Shown here: piece after piece, positions 41,562 to 52,868 of the stretch
How the letters are laid out: each line of letters starts with the position of its first letter
How positions within the stretch are numbered: the stretch's first letter is position 1
NCBI GenBank assembly: GCA_963850905.1
Contig: CAWKMU010000003.1
Coordinates: 1,920,001 to 1,984,000, forward strand
DNA: 64,000 nt
DNA from: an uncultured Gemmatimonadales bacterium
GTDB taxonomy: Bacteria; Gemmatimonadota; Gemmatimonadetes; Gemmatimonadales; Gemmatimonadaceae
Direction of reading: 5' to 3'
Notes under the pieces: generated by a model
What the model was told of the DNA's origin: nothing
Database searches by the model: none
Seen by the model: only the letters and a program-made list of their open reading frames with translations
Translations under genes and position numbers: made by a program

Positions 41562-44129
41562 CTAGTGCGTCACCGTGCTCACATCGGTCGCGTGCGGAGC
41601 CTGAGCGCCCGACCGGCGCCGGCGCGGACCCGGCGCCACCGGTGAGGCGGGGATGGGCACCTGGCGCAGGGCAAGAGCCAGCACCTCGTCCATTGTCCGC
41701 ACCGGGTGGAAGGTCACGGTCTCCCGCACTTCAGCTGGCAGGTCATCCAGTTCGCGTTCGTTGCCGGCGGGCATGATGACGTGCCGGATGCCGAGTCGTT
41801 GTGCCGCGACTGATTTCTCCTTGAGCCCGCCGATGGCCAGCACGCGCCCTCGCAGCGTGACCTCGCCGGTCATCGCGACATCGCCGCGCACCGGCACGCC
41901 GCTCACCGCGCTGACAATGGCTGTTGCGATCGCGATGCCAGCGCTCGGCCCGTCCTTCGGCGTGGCCCCGGCCGGGATGTGGACGTGCATGTCGCGTGTG
42001 TTGCCGCGCGCCAGCTCGTCCTCGATCCCCAGATCCCTGGCGCGGCGCCGCGCGTAACTCAGCGCCGCGGTCGCTGACTCCTTCATCACGTCGCCCAGGG
42101 TGCCCGTCAGCTGCAGTCGCCCACGTCCCCGCATCACGCTGACCTCGATGTCCAGGATCTCGCCCCCAGCCGCGGTATAGGCGAGTCCACGGGCGACTCC
42201 GACCGCGTCCTCTTGCGTCATGTCATCGGGATCGAATGGAGCCGGTCCGAGCATCTCGCGGAGCGTCGTGGCGCTGACCGTCGTCGCCGTCGTTGCGGGG
42301 ATAACGACATGCTCGGCTTTCTGGCGCGCAACCTTGCGCGCGACGCGCGCGATTCGGCGCTCCAGCTCACGCACGCCCGCCTCACGTGTGTACTGCCGGA
42401 GAATGGCGGGGAGTGCGTTGTCCTCCCATATCACGTCGGTCGACGTGAGGCCGTTGCGCTCGAGCTGTTTGGGGATGAGGAACTGCCGCGCGATCGCGAG
42501 CTTCTCGTGATCGAGATATCCGTTGAGGTGCAGGATCTCCATGCGGTCGCGCAGCGCCTCAGGCACGCCGCCGAGTGAGTTGGCGGTGGTGATGAAGAGC
42601 ACTTGCGACAGGTCGTAGTCCAACTCGAGGTAGTGATCGTTGAACGCGTTGTTCTGTTCAGGGTCGAGGACCTCGAGCAGGGCCGCGGCAGGATCGCCGC
42701 GATAGTCTTGTCCGAGCTTGTCGACCTCATCGAGCAGGATCACCGGATTGACCACTTCGGCGCGTCGCATCGCCTGGATGATCCGCCCGGGCAGGGCGCC
42801 AATGTACGTCCGACGGTGGCCGCGAATCTCGGCCTCGTCGCGGACACCGCCAAGCGCCATGCGAACGAACTTGCGGCCGAGCGCACGCGCGATCGACCGA
42901 CCCAGGGAGGTCTTTCCGACACCCGGCGGGCCGACGAAGCAGAGGAGGGGCCCATCGAGGCGTCCCACGAGCGCCAGCACCGCGATGTAGTCGAGGATGC
43001 GGTCTTTGACCTCCTCGAGGCCGTAGTGATCCTCATCCAGCACGCGGCGCGCGTGTTCGATGTCGAGGATGTCGTCAGTGCGCTCCGACCACGGTACCGC
43101 CAGCAGCCAATCGAGATAGTTGCGCCCGACGGTGCTCTCGGGCGACATCGGGGGTGTGCGCCGCAGCTTGCGCAACTCTCGTTTGGCGCGTGATTGCACG
43201 GGTTCGGGAAGCGCACGCCGCTCGATCTCCGCGTCGAGATCCGCGAGGTCGTCGCCGTCGTCCTGGCCCAGCTCCCGGTTGATCGCCCGCAGTTGCTCCT
43301 GGAGGTAAAACTCGCGCTGGTTCTGAAAGAGCGAGCCGCGGACGTCGTCATCGATCTTGCGCTCGAGCCGGAGAAGCTCGATCTCGCCGCTCAGGACCTT
43401 CCCCAGCGCCTCCCACAACGCCGGGATGTCTGCGGCTTCGAGCAGGTGTTGCCGGATCTCGTGCTTGACGGCAACATGCGCCGCAATGGCGATCGCTCGC
43501 CGCTCGTCGGCCTCGATCGCCTGTACGAAGGTCGCGACCTCGTCGGGGATGCGGCGGTGCAGGGAGACGTACTCCTCGAACCGGGACGTTACCTGCCGAC
43601 TGAGCACCGCCAGCGCACCGGCATCTGCGCCGACCGCGGAGCCCGCCGTCTCGGAGCCGCGTTCGGTGGTGTCGATCCCCTCGCGGTCGTCGCTCGCGAC
43701 CTCGACCTCGGATATCGCTTGGGGGGTGAACGGAGCTGGGGTCACCGTGGCTTGCAACCCGGCGCCGACCGCCGCGTAGCGCTTCACCCGCGCCCGCGCG
43801 ACGCCTTCGACCAACACCTTAACCGTGCCGTTCGGCAGTCGCGTGCGCTGCAGCAGTCGAGCGACGACCCCCACGCGGTATAGATCCGCGGCGGCCGGGT
43901 CCTGCACTTCGCCACTCCGCTGGGCAACGACCAGGAGGAATCGGTCCTCGCCTGGGGCCGCGGATGCGTCCGCGGCGTCGACCGCTGCCAGGGACGCTGG
44001 ACGTCCCACGAGCAACGGAATCACCACAAAGGGGAACACGACCACGTCGCGGAGCGGCAGCACCGGAAGGCGGTCGGGGACCGTGAACTGTTCGGAGTCG
44101 CGCGAGAGAAGCACCGGCGTCGGGACCAC
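41562..44129 (-). CDS. lon: ATP-dependent protease La
   Basis: LPLRDVVVFP, GPPGVGKTS, LDEVDK, PKDGPSAG (catalytic Ser), GGLKEK. Confidence 0.97.
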   Translation of the reverse strand: MVPTPVLLSRDSEQFTVPDRLPVLPLRDVVVFPFVVIPLLVGRPASLAAVDAADASAAPGEDRFLLVVAQRSGEVQDPAAADLYRVGVVARLLQRTRLPNGTVKVLVEGVARARVKRYAAVGAGLQATVTPAPFTPQAISEVEVASDDREGIDTTERGSETAGSAVGADAGALAVLSRQVTSRFEEYVSLHRRIPDEVATFVQAIEADERRAIAIAAHVAVKHEIRQHLLEAADIPALWEALGKVLSGEIELLRLERKIDDDVRGSLFQNQREFYLQEQLRAINRELGQDDGDDLADLDAEIERRALPEPVQSRAKRELRKLRRTPPMSPESTVGRNYLDWLLAVPWSERTDDILDIEHARRVLDEDHYGLEEVKDRILDYIAVLALVGRLDGPLLCFVGPPGVGKTSLGRSIARALGRKFVRMALGGVRDEAEIRGHRRTYIGALPGRIIQAMRRAEVVNPVILLDEVDKLGQDYRGDPAAALLEVLDPEQNNAFNDHYLELDYDLSQVLFITTANSLGGVPEALRDRMEILHLNGYLDHEKLAIARQFLIPKQLERNGLTSTDVIWEDNALPAILRQYTREAGVRELERRIARVARKVARQKAEHVVIPATTATTVSATTLREMLGPAPFDPDDMTQEDAVGVARGLAYTAAGGEILDIEVSVMRGRGRLQLTGTLGDVMKESATAALSYARRRARDLGIEDELARGNTRDMHVHIPAGATPKDGPSAGIAIATAIVSAVSGVPVRGDVAMTGEVTLRGRVLAIGGLKEKSVAAQRLGIRHVIMPAGNERELDDLPAEVRETVTFHPVRTMDEVLALALRQVPIPASPVAPGPRRRRSGAQAPHATDVSTVTH

Positions 44130-44220
44130 GGTGGAGGGGAGATGTGCAACGGGCGGGAGCCGTCAAGCCGCCCGCCCGCAATTTAAGTCCAATGCGCGGT
44201 TGGCCGCGCGTGTGCCGCGG

Positions 44221-45483
44221 TTACGCCTCTTTCTTCTGCCTCTTCGGCGAGATCTCGAGCAACGGAGCGGTCCGCTTCGTGACCGTGCCCTCGATGATCT
44301 TGACCTCGGTGACGTCGTCGCGTCCCGGCAGATCGAACATCACGTCGGTGAGAATTTCCTCGAGGATCGCGCGCAGCCCACGCGCGCCAGTCCCGCGCTT
44401 GAGCGCCTTGGCGGCGATGGCCCGCAGCGCGTGCTCATCAAAGGTGAGCTTCACCTCTTCGAGGTCGAAGAGCTTGGCGTATTGCTTGGTCAACGCGTTC
44501 TTCGGCTCCTTGAGGATCCGAACGAGCGCGTCTTCATCGAGCGCTTCGAGCGGAACACCCACCGGTAGTCGGCCGACGAGCTCGGGGATCAAACCATAGC
44601 GCAAGAGATCGTCGGGCTCGACGTCCGCGAACGGGTTCTTGGGCGGCTTGGCAATCGATCCGGCGACTGCGTCGCTCTCGACCTGTTCTTTGGTGAAGCC
44701 GATCTGCTTCCGGCCCGTGCGTGCCTCGATAATCTTCTCGAGCCCGTCGAAGGCGCCGCCACAGATGAACAGGATGTCCTTGGTGTTGATCTGGATGTAC
44801 TCTTGCTGAGGGTGTTTGCGACCGCCCTGTGGCGGGACTGACGCCACGGTCCCCTCGAGGATCTTCAGCAAGGCTTGCTGTACGCCTTCGCCGGAGACAT
44901 CGCGCGTAATGCTCGGGTTCTCCGACTTGCGCGCGATCTTGTCGATCTCGTCAATGTAGACGATGCCGCGCTCGCACTCGGCCACGTTGAAGTCGCCGGC
45001 TTGTAGCAGTCGAACCAGGATGTTCTCGACGTCTTCCCCGACATACCCCGCCTCGGTCAACGTCGTAGCGTCGGCGATCGTGAACGGCACGTCCAGGATC
45101 CTGGCCAGCGTCTGGGCGAGCAGCGTCTTGCCGACGCCCGTGGGCCCGATCAACAGGATGTTGGACTTGTCGAGCTCCACCTCGTCGTCGCGCAGCGAGG
45201 CGGAGTTGATGCGCTTGTAGTGGTTGTACACCGCGACCGCCAACGCCTTCTTGGCGCGCTCCTGGCCGATCACATACTGGTCAAGAACGTCCTTGATCTC
45301 CTGGGGCGACGGGACCTGTGTGATCGCTTCCGCAACTTCGCGCTCTTCGTCCTCTGCGAGGATCTCGTTGCAGAGCGCAATGCATTCGTTGCAAATGTAG
45401 ACCGACGGTCCCGAGATGAACTTCCTGACCGAGTCCTTGGACTTGCCACAGAACGAGCAGCGCAGGTGCTTATCGTGGGACAT
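44221..45483 (-). CDS. clpX: ATP-dependent Clp protease ATP-binding subunit
   Basis: CSFCGK zinc finger, [20 protein letters not shown] loop. Confidence 0.98.
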   Translation of the reverse strand: MSHDKHLRCSFCGKSKDSVRKFISGPSVYICNECIALCNEILAEDEEREVAEAITQVPSPQEIKDVLDQYVIGQERAKKALAVAVYNHYKRINSASLRDDEVELDKSNILLIGPTGVGKTLLAQTLARILDVPFTIADATTLTEAGYVGEDVENILVRLLQAGDFNVAECERGIVYIDEIDKIARKSENPSITRDVSGEGVQQALLKILEGTVASVPPQGGRKHPQQEYIQINTKDILFICGGAFDGLEKIIEARTGRKQIGFTKEQVESDAVAGSIAKPPKNPFADVEPDDLLRYGLIPELVGRLPVGVPLEALDEDALVRILKEPKNALTKQYAKLFDLEEVKLTFDEHALRAIAAKALKRGTGARGLRAILEEILTDVMFDLPGRDDVTEVKIIEGTVTKRTAPLLEISPKRQKKEA

Positions 45484-45788
45484 GTGGGTAGCGGCGGGCG
45501 GCGGAGGGGTCAGCGAGCCGGTCAGGGCGGAACGGAGTCACGAAACGGCGACCAAACGGCAACAACGGAGCGACTGCCGGAGAACTAACAGCCCCCCCGA
45601 GACCGGTCAAGCAGACTTGCGCGAACGCGCGCATAGGCACATTGCCTTGCGAAGCCTTGTGAAAACTTTCACGAGTTAACCCCGCTCCGAACCGGGTCAA
45701 CGGACGCCCCTGACCACTAAATGGGACGTCCAGAAGACCCGAAACGGGCTTCATTGTGTCGCTGTTCACCGCGCGAGGGCTCGGCCTC

Positions 45789-46421
45789 TTACGGCTTGGC
45801 AAGTTCGACCGCGTCGTTGCTGCGGTGCGGGAGTGTGTCCTGCGAGACGACGCGGTCGATAATGCCGTACGCGCGAGCCTCTTCGGCGGACATGTAGTAG
45901 TCGCGGTCGAAGTCGCGCTCGATCTGCTCGACCGGTCGGCCGGTGTGCTTGGACATGAGCTCGTGCATCTTGCTGCGCAGATACAGGATCTCTTTCGCCT
46001 GGATCTGAATGTCGGACGCGGTGCCTTGGGCACCGCCGGACGGCTGGTGCATCATCACGCGGGCGTGCGGCAACGCGGCCCGCCGTCCCTTGCGACCGCC
46101 GGCGAGCAGGAAGCAGCCCATGCTGGCGGCCATGCCCATGCAGGTGGTGTTCACGGGTGCGCGGAGGAACTGCATCGTGTCGTAGATCGCGAGTCCCGCC
46201 GACACACTCCCGCCGGGCGAGTTGACGTACAGATGAATGTCCCGCTCGGGATTGTCGGCATCGAGAAACAACAACTGCGCGATTACAATGTTCGCGACGT
46301 CGTCGGTGACCGGCGTGCCGAGAAACACGATCCGGTCCATCAGCAACCGCGAGAAGATGTCGTAGGTTCGCTCACCGCGGCTGGAGCGCTCAATGACGTA
46401 CGGAGGATAGATAGTCGACAT
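45789..46421 (-). CDS. clpP: Clp protease proteolytic subunit
   Basis: [30 protein letters not shown]. Confidence 0.98.
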   Translation of the reverse strand: MSTIYPPYVIERSSRGERTYDIFSRLLMDRIVFLGTPVTDDVANIVIAQLLFLDADNPERDIHLYVNSPGGSVSAGLAIYDTMQFLRAPVNTTCMGMAASMGCFLLAGGRKGRRAALPHARVMMHQPSGGAQGTASDIQIQAKEILYLRSKMHELMSKHTGRPVEQIERDFDRDYYMSAEEARAYGIIDRVVSQDTLPHRSNDAVELAKP

Positions 46422-46445
46422 GGCAGGAAAGAAAAGGATGGGAGA

Positions 46446-47690
46446 CTATTGGAGTTCGACGGTATTTCGATCGAGCAGCCACTTGAACACTTTGTCTTCG
46501 GTCAGAGACCGCTCGATTTCTCGCAGCCGATCGGCCTTCTGGAGCGAGCTGTAGACTTCGGCGACCGGCGCATTGCGTCGTGCCGCCATATCGCTCACGC
46601 GCTCATCTACTTCCGCCTCGCTGGCGGCGAGCCCCTCGCGCTCGGCGATCGTCTCGATGATCAACTCACGGCGCACCTGGCTCTCGGCCACGGGGCGAAA
46701 CTCGTTGGCAAACCGCTGACGATCGGCCTCAGGGATCTGATACGCACCGGCGTAGCCGTCGATGAGGCGCTGTACCCAAGAGGGCGGCAGCTCGAAGGGA
46801 TTGGCGCCGGCGATATCGTCGAGCAGGCGGCGACGGACCTCGGCGTCCGCGTCGCGCACGGCACTGCGCGTGAGATCGTCGCGCACGGCTGCCACCAGCG
46901 CGTCCTTGCCGTCGAAGTCACCCACCTCGCGCGCAAATGCATCGTCCAGGGCTGGCAGCGCCTTCCGCTTGACGTCGCGCAGCGTCACCCGCACCAGCTT
47001 CGTCTTGCCGCGCTGTGATTCGTCCGGAAAATCGTCGGGCCATTTCACGGGCCGCTCGACGGTTTCGCCGGGCTTCGCTTCCATAATGATCTCTTCAATG
47101 CCGGCGATCGCCTGCCCGCCGCCGAGCACGAGTCGGCGTTCCTTGTCTTCCTGGAGCGTGCCGGTGTCGTCCGGCGTCGAGAGGACGACCGTGACCATGT
47201 CGCCGGGACCCGGGCGGCCATCCACGGGCGACCACGCCGCGCGCTGCTCACGTATGGCTTCGAGCTGCTCGGTAACCTGATCCTGCGTCACCGGACGTTC
47301 CGTTCGCTGGACGCGAAAGCCCTGTGTGCGAGCCAGCGCGATCTCCGGGCGAACCTCGAGATGCAGCTCGAACGTCAGCGGTTGACCTTGCTCGAACTTG
47401 AGGTCGTGCACGTGCGGCTGGCTGACCAGCTTGAGCTGCTCACGTCCGATCGCCTCCTCGTACGCCTCGCGCACCAGCGCCTCGACGGCCTGCTGGCGGA
47501 TCGCATCGGCGAACCGCTTGCGCACCACCGCGGGCGGTGCCTTACCCGGACGAAAGCCCGGGAGCCGCACCTTGGATGCATACCCACGGGCCGCCTGCTC
47601 TTCGGCGTCGCGCACCCGGTCGGCCGGCACCGAGACGGCGAGCCGGCGCTCGACGCCGCTCGACTCCTTCTGCGTGATCTCAATGGGCAT
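46446..47690 (-). CDS. tig: Trigger factor
   Basis: PGFRPGKAP signature, FKBP-like middle domain, upstream of clpP. Confidence 0.95.
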   Translation of the reverse strand: MPIEITQKESSGVERRLAVSVPADRVRDAEEQAARGYASKVRLPGFRPGKAPPAVVRKRFADAIRQQAVEALVREAYEEAIGREQLKLVSQPHVHDLKFEQGQPLTFELHLEVRPEIALARTQGFRVQRTERPVTQDQVTEQLEAIREQRAAWSPVDGRPGPGDMVTVVLSTPDDTGTLQEDKERRLVLGGGQAIAGIEEIIMEAKPGETVERPVKWPDDFPDESQRGKTKLVRVTLRDVKRKALPALDDAFAREVGDFDGKDALVAAVRDDLTRSAVRDADAEVRRRLLDDIAGANPFELPPSWVQRLIDGYAGAYQIPEADRQRFANEFRPVAESQVRRELIIETIAEREGLAASEAEVDERVSDMAARRNAPVAEVYSSLQKADRLREIERSLTEDKVFKWLLDRNTVELQ

Positions 47691-47729
47691 TTGGGTGAAA
47701 TGTAACCGGGACGCCCGCCGTTGGCGGGC

Positions 47730-48042
47730 GTAGAGAGTAGCAAAGCAGAAAGCTGAAAGTAGACAACGACCCAGACTGGGGCGTGCCTTTTCGATCGTGT
47801 CCACTCTCTACGTTCGGTGGGTCTACTCTCTCGGCGGCGAAGCCGCCGTGCCCGGGGCGGGGCTCGAACCCGCACGTCTTTCGACAAGGGCTTCTAAGGC
47901 CCTCGCGGCTACCAATTACGCCACCCGGGCGGCGCGGCGCTTCGCGCGCGCAGAGAGTAGACCTTCAGAAAGTAGAAAGTAGACGAAACCCCGCCAAGCG
48001 GTTAGTAACGTCTACTTTCTACTTTCTACTTTCTACTCTCTA
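47730..48042. repeat. (AGAAAGT)n/(TCTACTT)n heptamer inverted pairs on both sides of tRNA-Leu
   Basis: 47730-47763 with 47800-47830, and 47951-47983 (agaaagtagaaagtaga) with 48011-48042 (tctactttctactttctactttctactctcta). Confidence 0.75.
47849..47930 (-). tRNA. tRNA-Leu (TAG)
   Basis: Minus strand GCCCGGG...AGGGC-CT-TAG-AA-GCCCT, long variable arm, GCGGGTTCGAGCCCCGC T-arm, CCCGGGCA acceptor; canonical position upstream of tig. Confidence 0.96.
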
Positions 48043-48064
48043 TGGCCGTGATTAACGCTCTGCG

Positions 48065-49660
48065 TTAATCATGGCCATCGCCGCCGATGCGGAGGCTCAC
48101 GACTCGCTGCTGTCCAGTCGGCCCAGACTGCCCGCCGACCGGCGTGTAGACCAGCAGCGTCACGAAGTCGCCCATCTTCGAGCGCGCGAGCGCGTTCTGC
48201 AGATCGGCGATCTTGTGCACTTCGACGCGCGGCTCCGGGTAGAGCACGGCGACGATGATGTCGTGTTCTTGGAGCTTCCCGTGCGCGGGGCCCGATCCGC
48301 TCACATCGGTCACGAGGAGGCCGCGGTCCTGCTCGGGGATCTTCGCCTCGCTGGCAAGGTCAGACGATACGGGCTCGCCCGAGAGGCCGAGCTTCTCGAT
48401 GCTGATCCCCGCCGGCGACTCGTCGGATTCGTTATCGCGTTGAGCGACGGTCTCGTCGGTCGGAGCCTCGCTGAGCTTCAAGCTGAATGTCTTGCGCGAG
48501 CCGAAACGAACGACGTCGAGCGAAATCACCTGCCCGGGCTGGTGCAGGCGCACGATCCGCTGCAAGGTGCTCGTCCGGTCCACTGGCTTGCCGTCGGCCG
48601 ACACGATGATGTCGCCGGCCTCGAGACCGGCCTTCTCGGCCGGGCTGGACCCGTCGCCGGGTGTGAACCCGCTCACCTTCACGCCCTCGATGGTCTTCAG
48701 TCCCGCCGCGCCCGCGTCATCGGGATCGACGTCACTGATCGCGATCCCCAGCACGGCGCGCCGGACCTTGCCGTACTTGATGATGTCGTCCATCACGCTC
48801 TTTGCGAGCGTGATCGGAATCGCGAAACCGTAGCCTGAGTAATACCCCGTCGGACTGGCGATTGCGCTGTTGATGCCGACGACCTCGCCCTCGATGTTGA
48901 CGAGCGGACCACCCGAGTTCCCCGGGTTGATGGCTGCGTCGGTCTGGATGAAATCCGAAATCGCGTAGGGGTTGCGCATGAGACCGACCAGCTCGTGCGT
49001 GCCACGACCCTTGGCGCTCACAATGCCTGCCGTCACGGTGAAGTCGAGGCCGAGCGGATTGCCGAATGCCAGCACCCATTCGCCCACTCGCGTCTGCGAA
49101 TCATCACCCAGATTCACCGTCGGCAGATCCTGCGCGTCGATCTTGATCACCGCAACGTCCGTGGTCGGATCGTGGCCAATCACTTTCGCTTTGAAGACGC
49201 GGTGGTCCTTGAGCGCGACGGTGACGCGATCCGCGTCGACGACTACGTGGTTGTTGGTGAGGATGTAGCCGTCGGTAGTCACGATAAAGCCCGACCCGCT
49301 CGCCTCTTCAGGCTCGGGGCGTTGTGGCGGGAACTGATTGAAAAAGTCCTCGAGGCCCTGCGGGATGCGGCCGCGACTTCGCGGACTCCCTTCCGACTGC
49401 CGCGGATCTCTCGCTGTTTGGATCGATACCACCGCCGGCGTGACATGCTCGGCGATCGACACAAAGGCGTTGTTCTGCTCGGCCAGTGGCTTGATTTGCT
49501 GCGACGAAGGTTTGCTCGGCGTCGATCGGGTGGCTGAGCTCTGCGCAAACCCTTGATGAGTGAAGTCCAGCGAGGAGGCCACGAGCATGCCGCCGAAGAA
49601 CGCAGCGACAACGGCCGCTCCCACACGCGCACGAGACAGTGTCCAGGGCATAGGGCTCAT
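48065..49660 (-). CDS. degP: DegP/DegQ (Do family) periplasmic serine protease with two PDZ domains
   Basis: GSGFIV, TNNHVV, DVAVIK, QTDAAINPGNSGGPL. Confidence 0.94.
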   Translation of the reverse strand: MSPMPWTLSRARVGAAVVAAFFGGMLVASSLDFTHQGFAQSSATRSTPSKPSSQQIKPLAEQNNAFVSIAEHVTPAVVSIQTARDPRQSEGSPRSRGRIPQGLEDFFNQFPPQRPEPEEASGSGFIVTTDGYILTNNHVVVDADRVTVALKDHRVFKAKVIGHDPTTDVAVIKIDAQDLPTVNLGDDSQTRVGEWVLAFGNPLGLDFTVTAGIVSAKGRGTHELVGLMRNPYAISDFIQTDAAINPGNSGGPLVNIEGEVVGINSAIASPTGYYSGYGFAIPITLAKSVMDDIIKYGKVRRAVLGIAISDVDPDDAGAAGLKTIEGVKVSGFTPGDGSSPAEKAGLEAGDIIVSADGKPVDRTSTLQRIVRLHQPGQVISLDVVRFGSRKTFSLKLSEAPTDETVAQRDNESDESPAGISIEKLGLSGEPVSSDLASEAKIPEQDRGLLVTDVSGSGPAHGKLQEHDIIVAVLYPEPRVEVHKIADLQNALARSKMGDFVTLLVYTPVGGQSGPTGQQRVVSLRIGGDGHD

Positions 49661-49845
49661 CCAAGTGTCCGAGTTACGTGCAATGAGTACGCAGGGCCCA
49701 CCAGCGGGAACGCTGCGGCGCCATCCGCCGCGCCTCCTTTCTCTTCTCTTCCGGCGGCGCGAACGGCCGCCGCCATCAAATTTAGGGGGTGGCCTTGCCG
49801 CCGGGGGTTTCCTTTATCCCTTGTTTATCCGTTCATTGACGGGCA

Positions 49846-49879
49846 AAGGGCCGGCCACGGTACACCGTGACCGGCCCTT
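49846..49879 (-). terminator. Hairpin downstream of dnaK
   Basis: aagggccggccacgg-taca-ccgtgaccggccctt. Confidence 0.6.
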
Positions 49880-49945
49880 GACCTCTTACGCCCTAAGTCT
49901 CACGGGCGTTTAGTCCCGCGGGGCGCGGTCGCGCCCCCTGCAGAT

Positions 49946-51892
49946 CTATTTCTTGTCGTCCACGATCTCGTAATCGGCCTCGACGACGTCATCGGGCTTG
50001 CCGCTCGGTCGCGCGCCGGCACCGGCCCCGGCGGGCTCGCCCTGTGCACCCGGGGTGCCGCCGGGAGCGCTTCCCGCCCCCTGCTGCTGGTACAGCGACT
50101 GTCCGGCCTCGCTGTACACGCGCGTCAACTCCTCCTGCGCCGATCGGATCTCACCCTGGTCATCGCCGCGCAGCGCCTTGCGAGCGCGCTCGACTGCTCC
50201 CTCGAGACGCGACTTGACCTCGGGTGACAAACGGTCCGACCACTCCTTCGAGTTCTTCTCGACTTCGTAGGTCATGCTGTCGAGTCGGTTCCGAGTGTCG
50301 ATCTCCTCGCGGCGCTTCTTGTCGTCACTGGCGTTCTTCTCCGCATCCTTGACCATGCGATCGATCTCGGCCTCGGACAGACCACTCGACGCCTCGATGC
50401 GGATCTTTTGCTCCTTGCCGGTCGTCTTGTCCTTTGCCGACACGTGCAGGATGCCGTTCGCGTCGATGTCGAACGTGACTTCGACCTGAGGCATGCCACG
50501 CGGCGCCGGCGGGATCCCCGTGAGCTGGAACTTGCCGATGGTCTTGTTGTAGACGGCTAGTTCGCGCTCCCCCTGGAGCACATGGATCTCGACCGTCGTC
50601 TGATTGTCGTCGGCCGTCGAGAACGTCTCGCTCTTCTTCGTCGGGATCGTCGTGTTCCGCGGAATGAGCACCGTCGTCACGCCGCCCAATGTCTCGATAC
50701 CGAGCGAAAGCGGTGTCACGTCGAGCAACAGCACGTCCTTCTGCTCGCCGGTCAACACCGCGCCCTGGACGGCGGCGCCGATCGCGACGACTTCGTCCGG
50801 GTTTACGCCCTTGTTGGGCTCTTTTCCGAAGAACTTCTTGACGATCTCCTGGACCTTCGGAATGCGCGTCGAGCCACCGACCAGCAACACCTCATCGATC
50901 TGATCCGGCTTGAGCCCGGCGTCCTTCAGCGCCTGCTCCATTGGCGGAATCGTCCGCTGAATGAGGTCGTCAACGAGCTGCTCGAACTTGGCGCGCGTCA
51001 ACGTGTAGTTCAGGTGCTTGGGCCCCGACTGATCCGCGGTGATGAAAGGCAGGTTGATGTCCGTCGACATCGTGCTCGACAGCTCCATCTTGGCCTTTTC
51101 AGCGGCCTCCTTGAGACGCTGCAGAGCCATCGGGTCCTTCGATAGATCGATTCCCTGATCGCGCTTGAACTCTGCGACCAGCCAATCGATGACACGCTGA
51201 TCGAGATCGTCGCCACCGAGGTGGGTGTCGCCGTTCGTCGACTTCACCTCGAATTGCCGCGAGCCCTCGACGTCGTACAGCTCGAGTACGGAGATGTCGT
51301 ACGTGCCACCGCCCAGGTCGAACACGGCGACCTTTTCGTCCTTCTTCTTGTCGAGTCCGTACGCCAACGCCGCAGCAGTCGGCTCGTTGATGATCCGGAG
51401 CACATCGAGCCCCGCGATCTTGCCGGCATCCTTGGTCGCCTGCCGCTGGGAATCGTTGAAGTACGCGGGCACCGTGACCACGGCCTTCTCGACCTTGTGT
51501 CCGAGGTAGTCCTCGGCCGTCTGCTTCATCTTTTGCAGGATCATCGCCGAGATCTCGGGCGGCGTATACCGCTTCCCCTGAACCTCGACCATCGCCATGC
51601 CGTTGTTGCCCGCCACCACCTTGTACGGGACGCGCTTCACCTCCTCCGGTACCTCGGAGAGCTTGCGCCCCATGAACCGCTTGATCGAGAAGATCGTATT
51701 CTGCGGATTCGTCACTGCCTGCCGCTTCGCGATCTGACCGACCAGCCGTTCGCCATCCTTCGTGAATCCGACGACAGATGGGGTCGTCCTTCCACCCTCG
51801 GCGTTGGGGATCACGACGGGGTCACCACCCTCCATGACCGACACGACGGAGTTCGTCGTCCCCAGATCAATGCCGATAACCTTGTCTGCCAT
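49946..51892 (-). CDS. dnaK: Chaperone DnaK
   Basis: [36 protein letters not shown] tail. Confidence 0.98.
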   Translation of the reverse strand: MADKVIGIDLGTTNSVVSVMEGGDPVVIPNAEGGRTTPSVVGFTKDGERLVGQIAKRQAVTNPQNTIFSIKRFMGRKLSEVPEEVKRVPYKVVAGNNGMAMVEVQGKRYTPPEISAMILQKMKQTAEDYLGHKVEKAVVTVPAYFNDSQRQATKDAGKIAGLDVLRIINEPTAAALAYGLDKKKDEKVAVFDLGGGTYDISVLELYDVEGSRQFEVKSTNGDTHLGGDDLDQRVIDWLVAEFKRDQGIDLSKDPMALQRLKEAAEKAKMELSSTMSTDINLPFITADQSGPKHLNYTLTRAKFEQLVDDLIQRTIPPMEQALKDAGLKPDQIDEVLLVGGSTRIPKVQEIVKKFFGKEPNKGVNPDEVVAIGAAVQGAVLTGEQKDVLLLDVTPLSLGIETLGGVTTVLIPRNTTIPTKKSETFSTADDNQTTVEIHVLQGERELAVYNKTIGKFQLTGIPPAPRGMPQVEVTFDIDANGILHVSAKDKTTGKEQKIRIEASSGLSEAEIDRMVKDAEKNASDDKKRREEIDTRNRLDSMTYEVEKNSKEWSDRLSPEVKSRLEGAVERARKALRGDDQGEIRSAQEELTRVYSEAGQSLYQQQGAGSAPGGTPGAQGEPAGAGAGARPSGKPDDVVEADYEIVDDKK

Positions 51893-52090
51893 GCTGCCCT
51901 CGTGAATGTTCCAATTGAGCGTTGAACTGCGACCCGAGCCGTTCCGAACGAATGCGTCTGCCCGCCAATGCGAGCCAAAGCCGGCGGAACACGTCGGGCC
52001 CTCGACTACGCGCTCCTGTAGCAATCGCGATACCCGGGAGACCAGTCATATTGGCAGGGATCTCGTGGTGGCGTCGGTGACCGAGGCAGC

Positions 52091-52834
52091 GTGATCCCTC
52101 TCGGCGACGACCTACCGACCCTCAGAAGACCCGTGATGACGTACTGCATCATCGCGGTGAACTTCGCTGTCTGGATCTTTGTTCAGGGCGCGGGCTTCGA
52201 CTCCCAACAACTTGCGAGGACGGTCTGCGACCTGGGGATGGTGCCCGGCGAGCTGACGCATTTGGCCCCCCTCGGACAGTCCGTGCCCATCGGGCCCGGG
52301 CTCGTCTGCGCGGTCGACAACGACGCCATCAACATCCTCACGCCGGTGATTTCGATGTTCTTGCACGGCGGCTGGATGCACATCCTCGGCAACATGATCT
52401 ATCTGGCCGTCTTCGGTCGGAACGTCGAGGACAGCATGGGGCGCCTGCGCTTCCTGTGCTTCTACCTGGTCTGCGGACTGATCGCGGCGGCCACGCACAT
52501 CCTGTTCAATCGGGCATCACCAGTCCCGACCGTCGGTGCATCAGGAGCGATTTCTGGCGTCCTGGGAGGGTTTCTTTTGTTATACCCCACCGTGCCGGTA
52601 CGGATGTTTGTCTTCGTGTTCGTCGTCAGGGTTCGAGCCTGGGTCGTGCTCGTTTACTGGTTCCTGCTGCAGGCTTTGACCGGCGTCTCGCAGCTCAACC
52701 AACTGCAACCCGACGTCACCAACGGCGTCGCCGTCTGGGCTCACGTCGGTGGGTTTCTCGCCGGCCTGTTCCTCACGCGGTTCTTCGTCAACCCGGACTT
52801 GCTCCATGCTCGCTACCAAACCCGCATGGCATGA
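52091..52834 (+). CDS. Rhomboid intramembrane serine protease
   Basis: FLHGGWMHILGNM, GASGA, WAHVGGF. Confidence 0.93.
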   Translation: MIPLGDDLPTLRRPVMTYCIIAVNFAVWIFVQGAGFDSQQLARTVCDLGMVPGELTHLAPLGQSVPIGPGLVCAVDNDAINILTPVISMFLHGGWMHILGNMIYLAVFGRNVEDSMGRLRFLCFYLVCGLIAAATHILFNRASPVPTVGASGAISGVLGGFLLLYPTVPVRMFVFVFVVRVRAWVVLVYWFLLQALTGVSQLNQLQPDVTNGVAVWAHVGGFLAGLFLTRFFVNPDLLHARYQTRMA

Positions 52835-52868
52835 AGGCGCGCCTGCGCCCGCAGGGTATGTTGTAACG

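Noticed and set aside
47849..47930. tRNA as integration site of a genomic island
   Set aside because: No integrase or duplicated tRNA 3' end in the window; the flanks are core genes.
51893..52090. CIRCE or sigma-54 element upstream of dnaK
   Set aside because: No TTAGCACTC-N9-GAGTGCTAA, and no correctly spaced -24/-12 GG...GC match that I could support.
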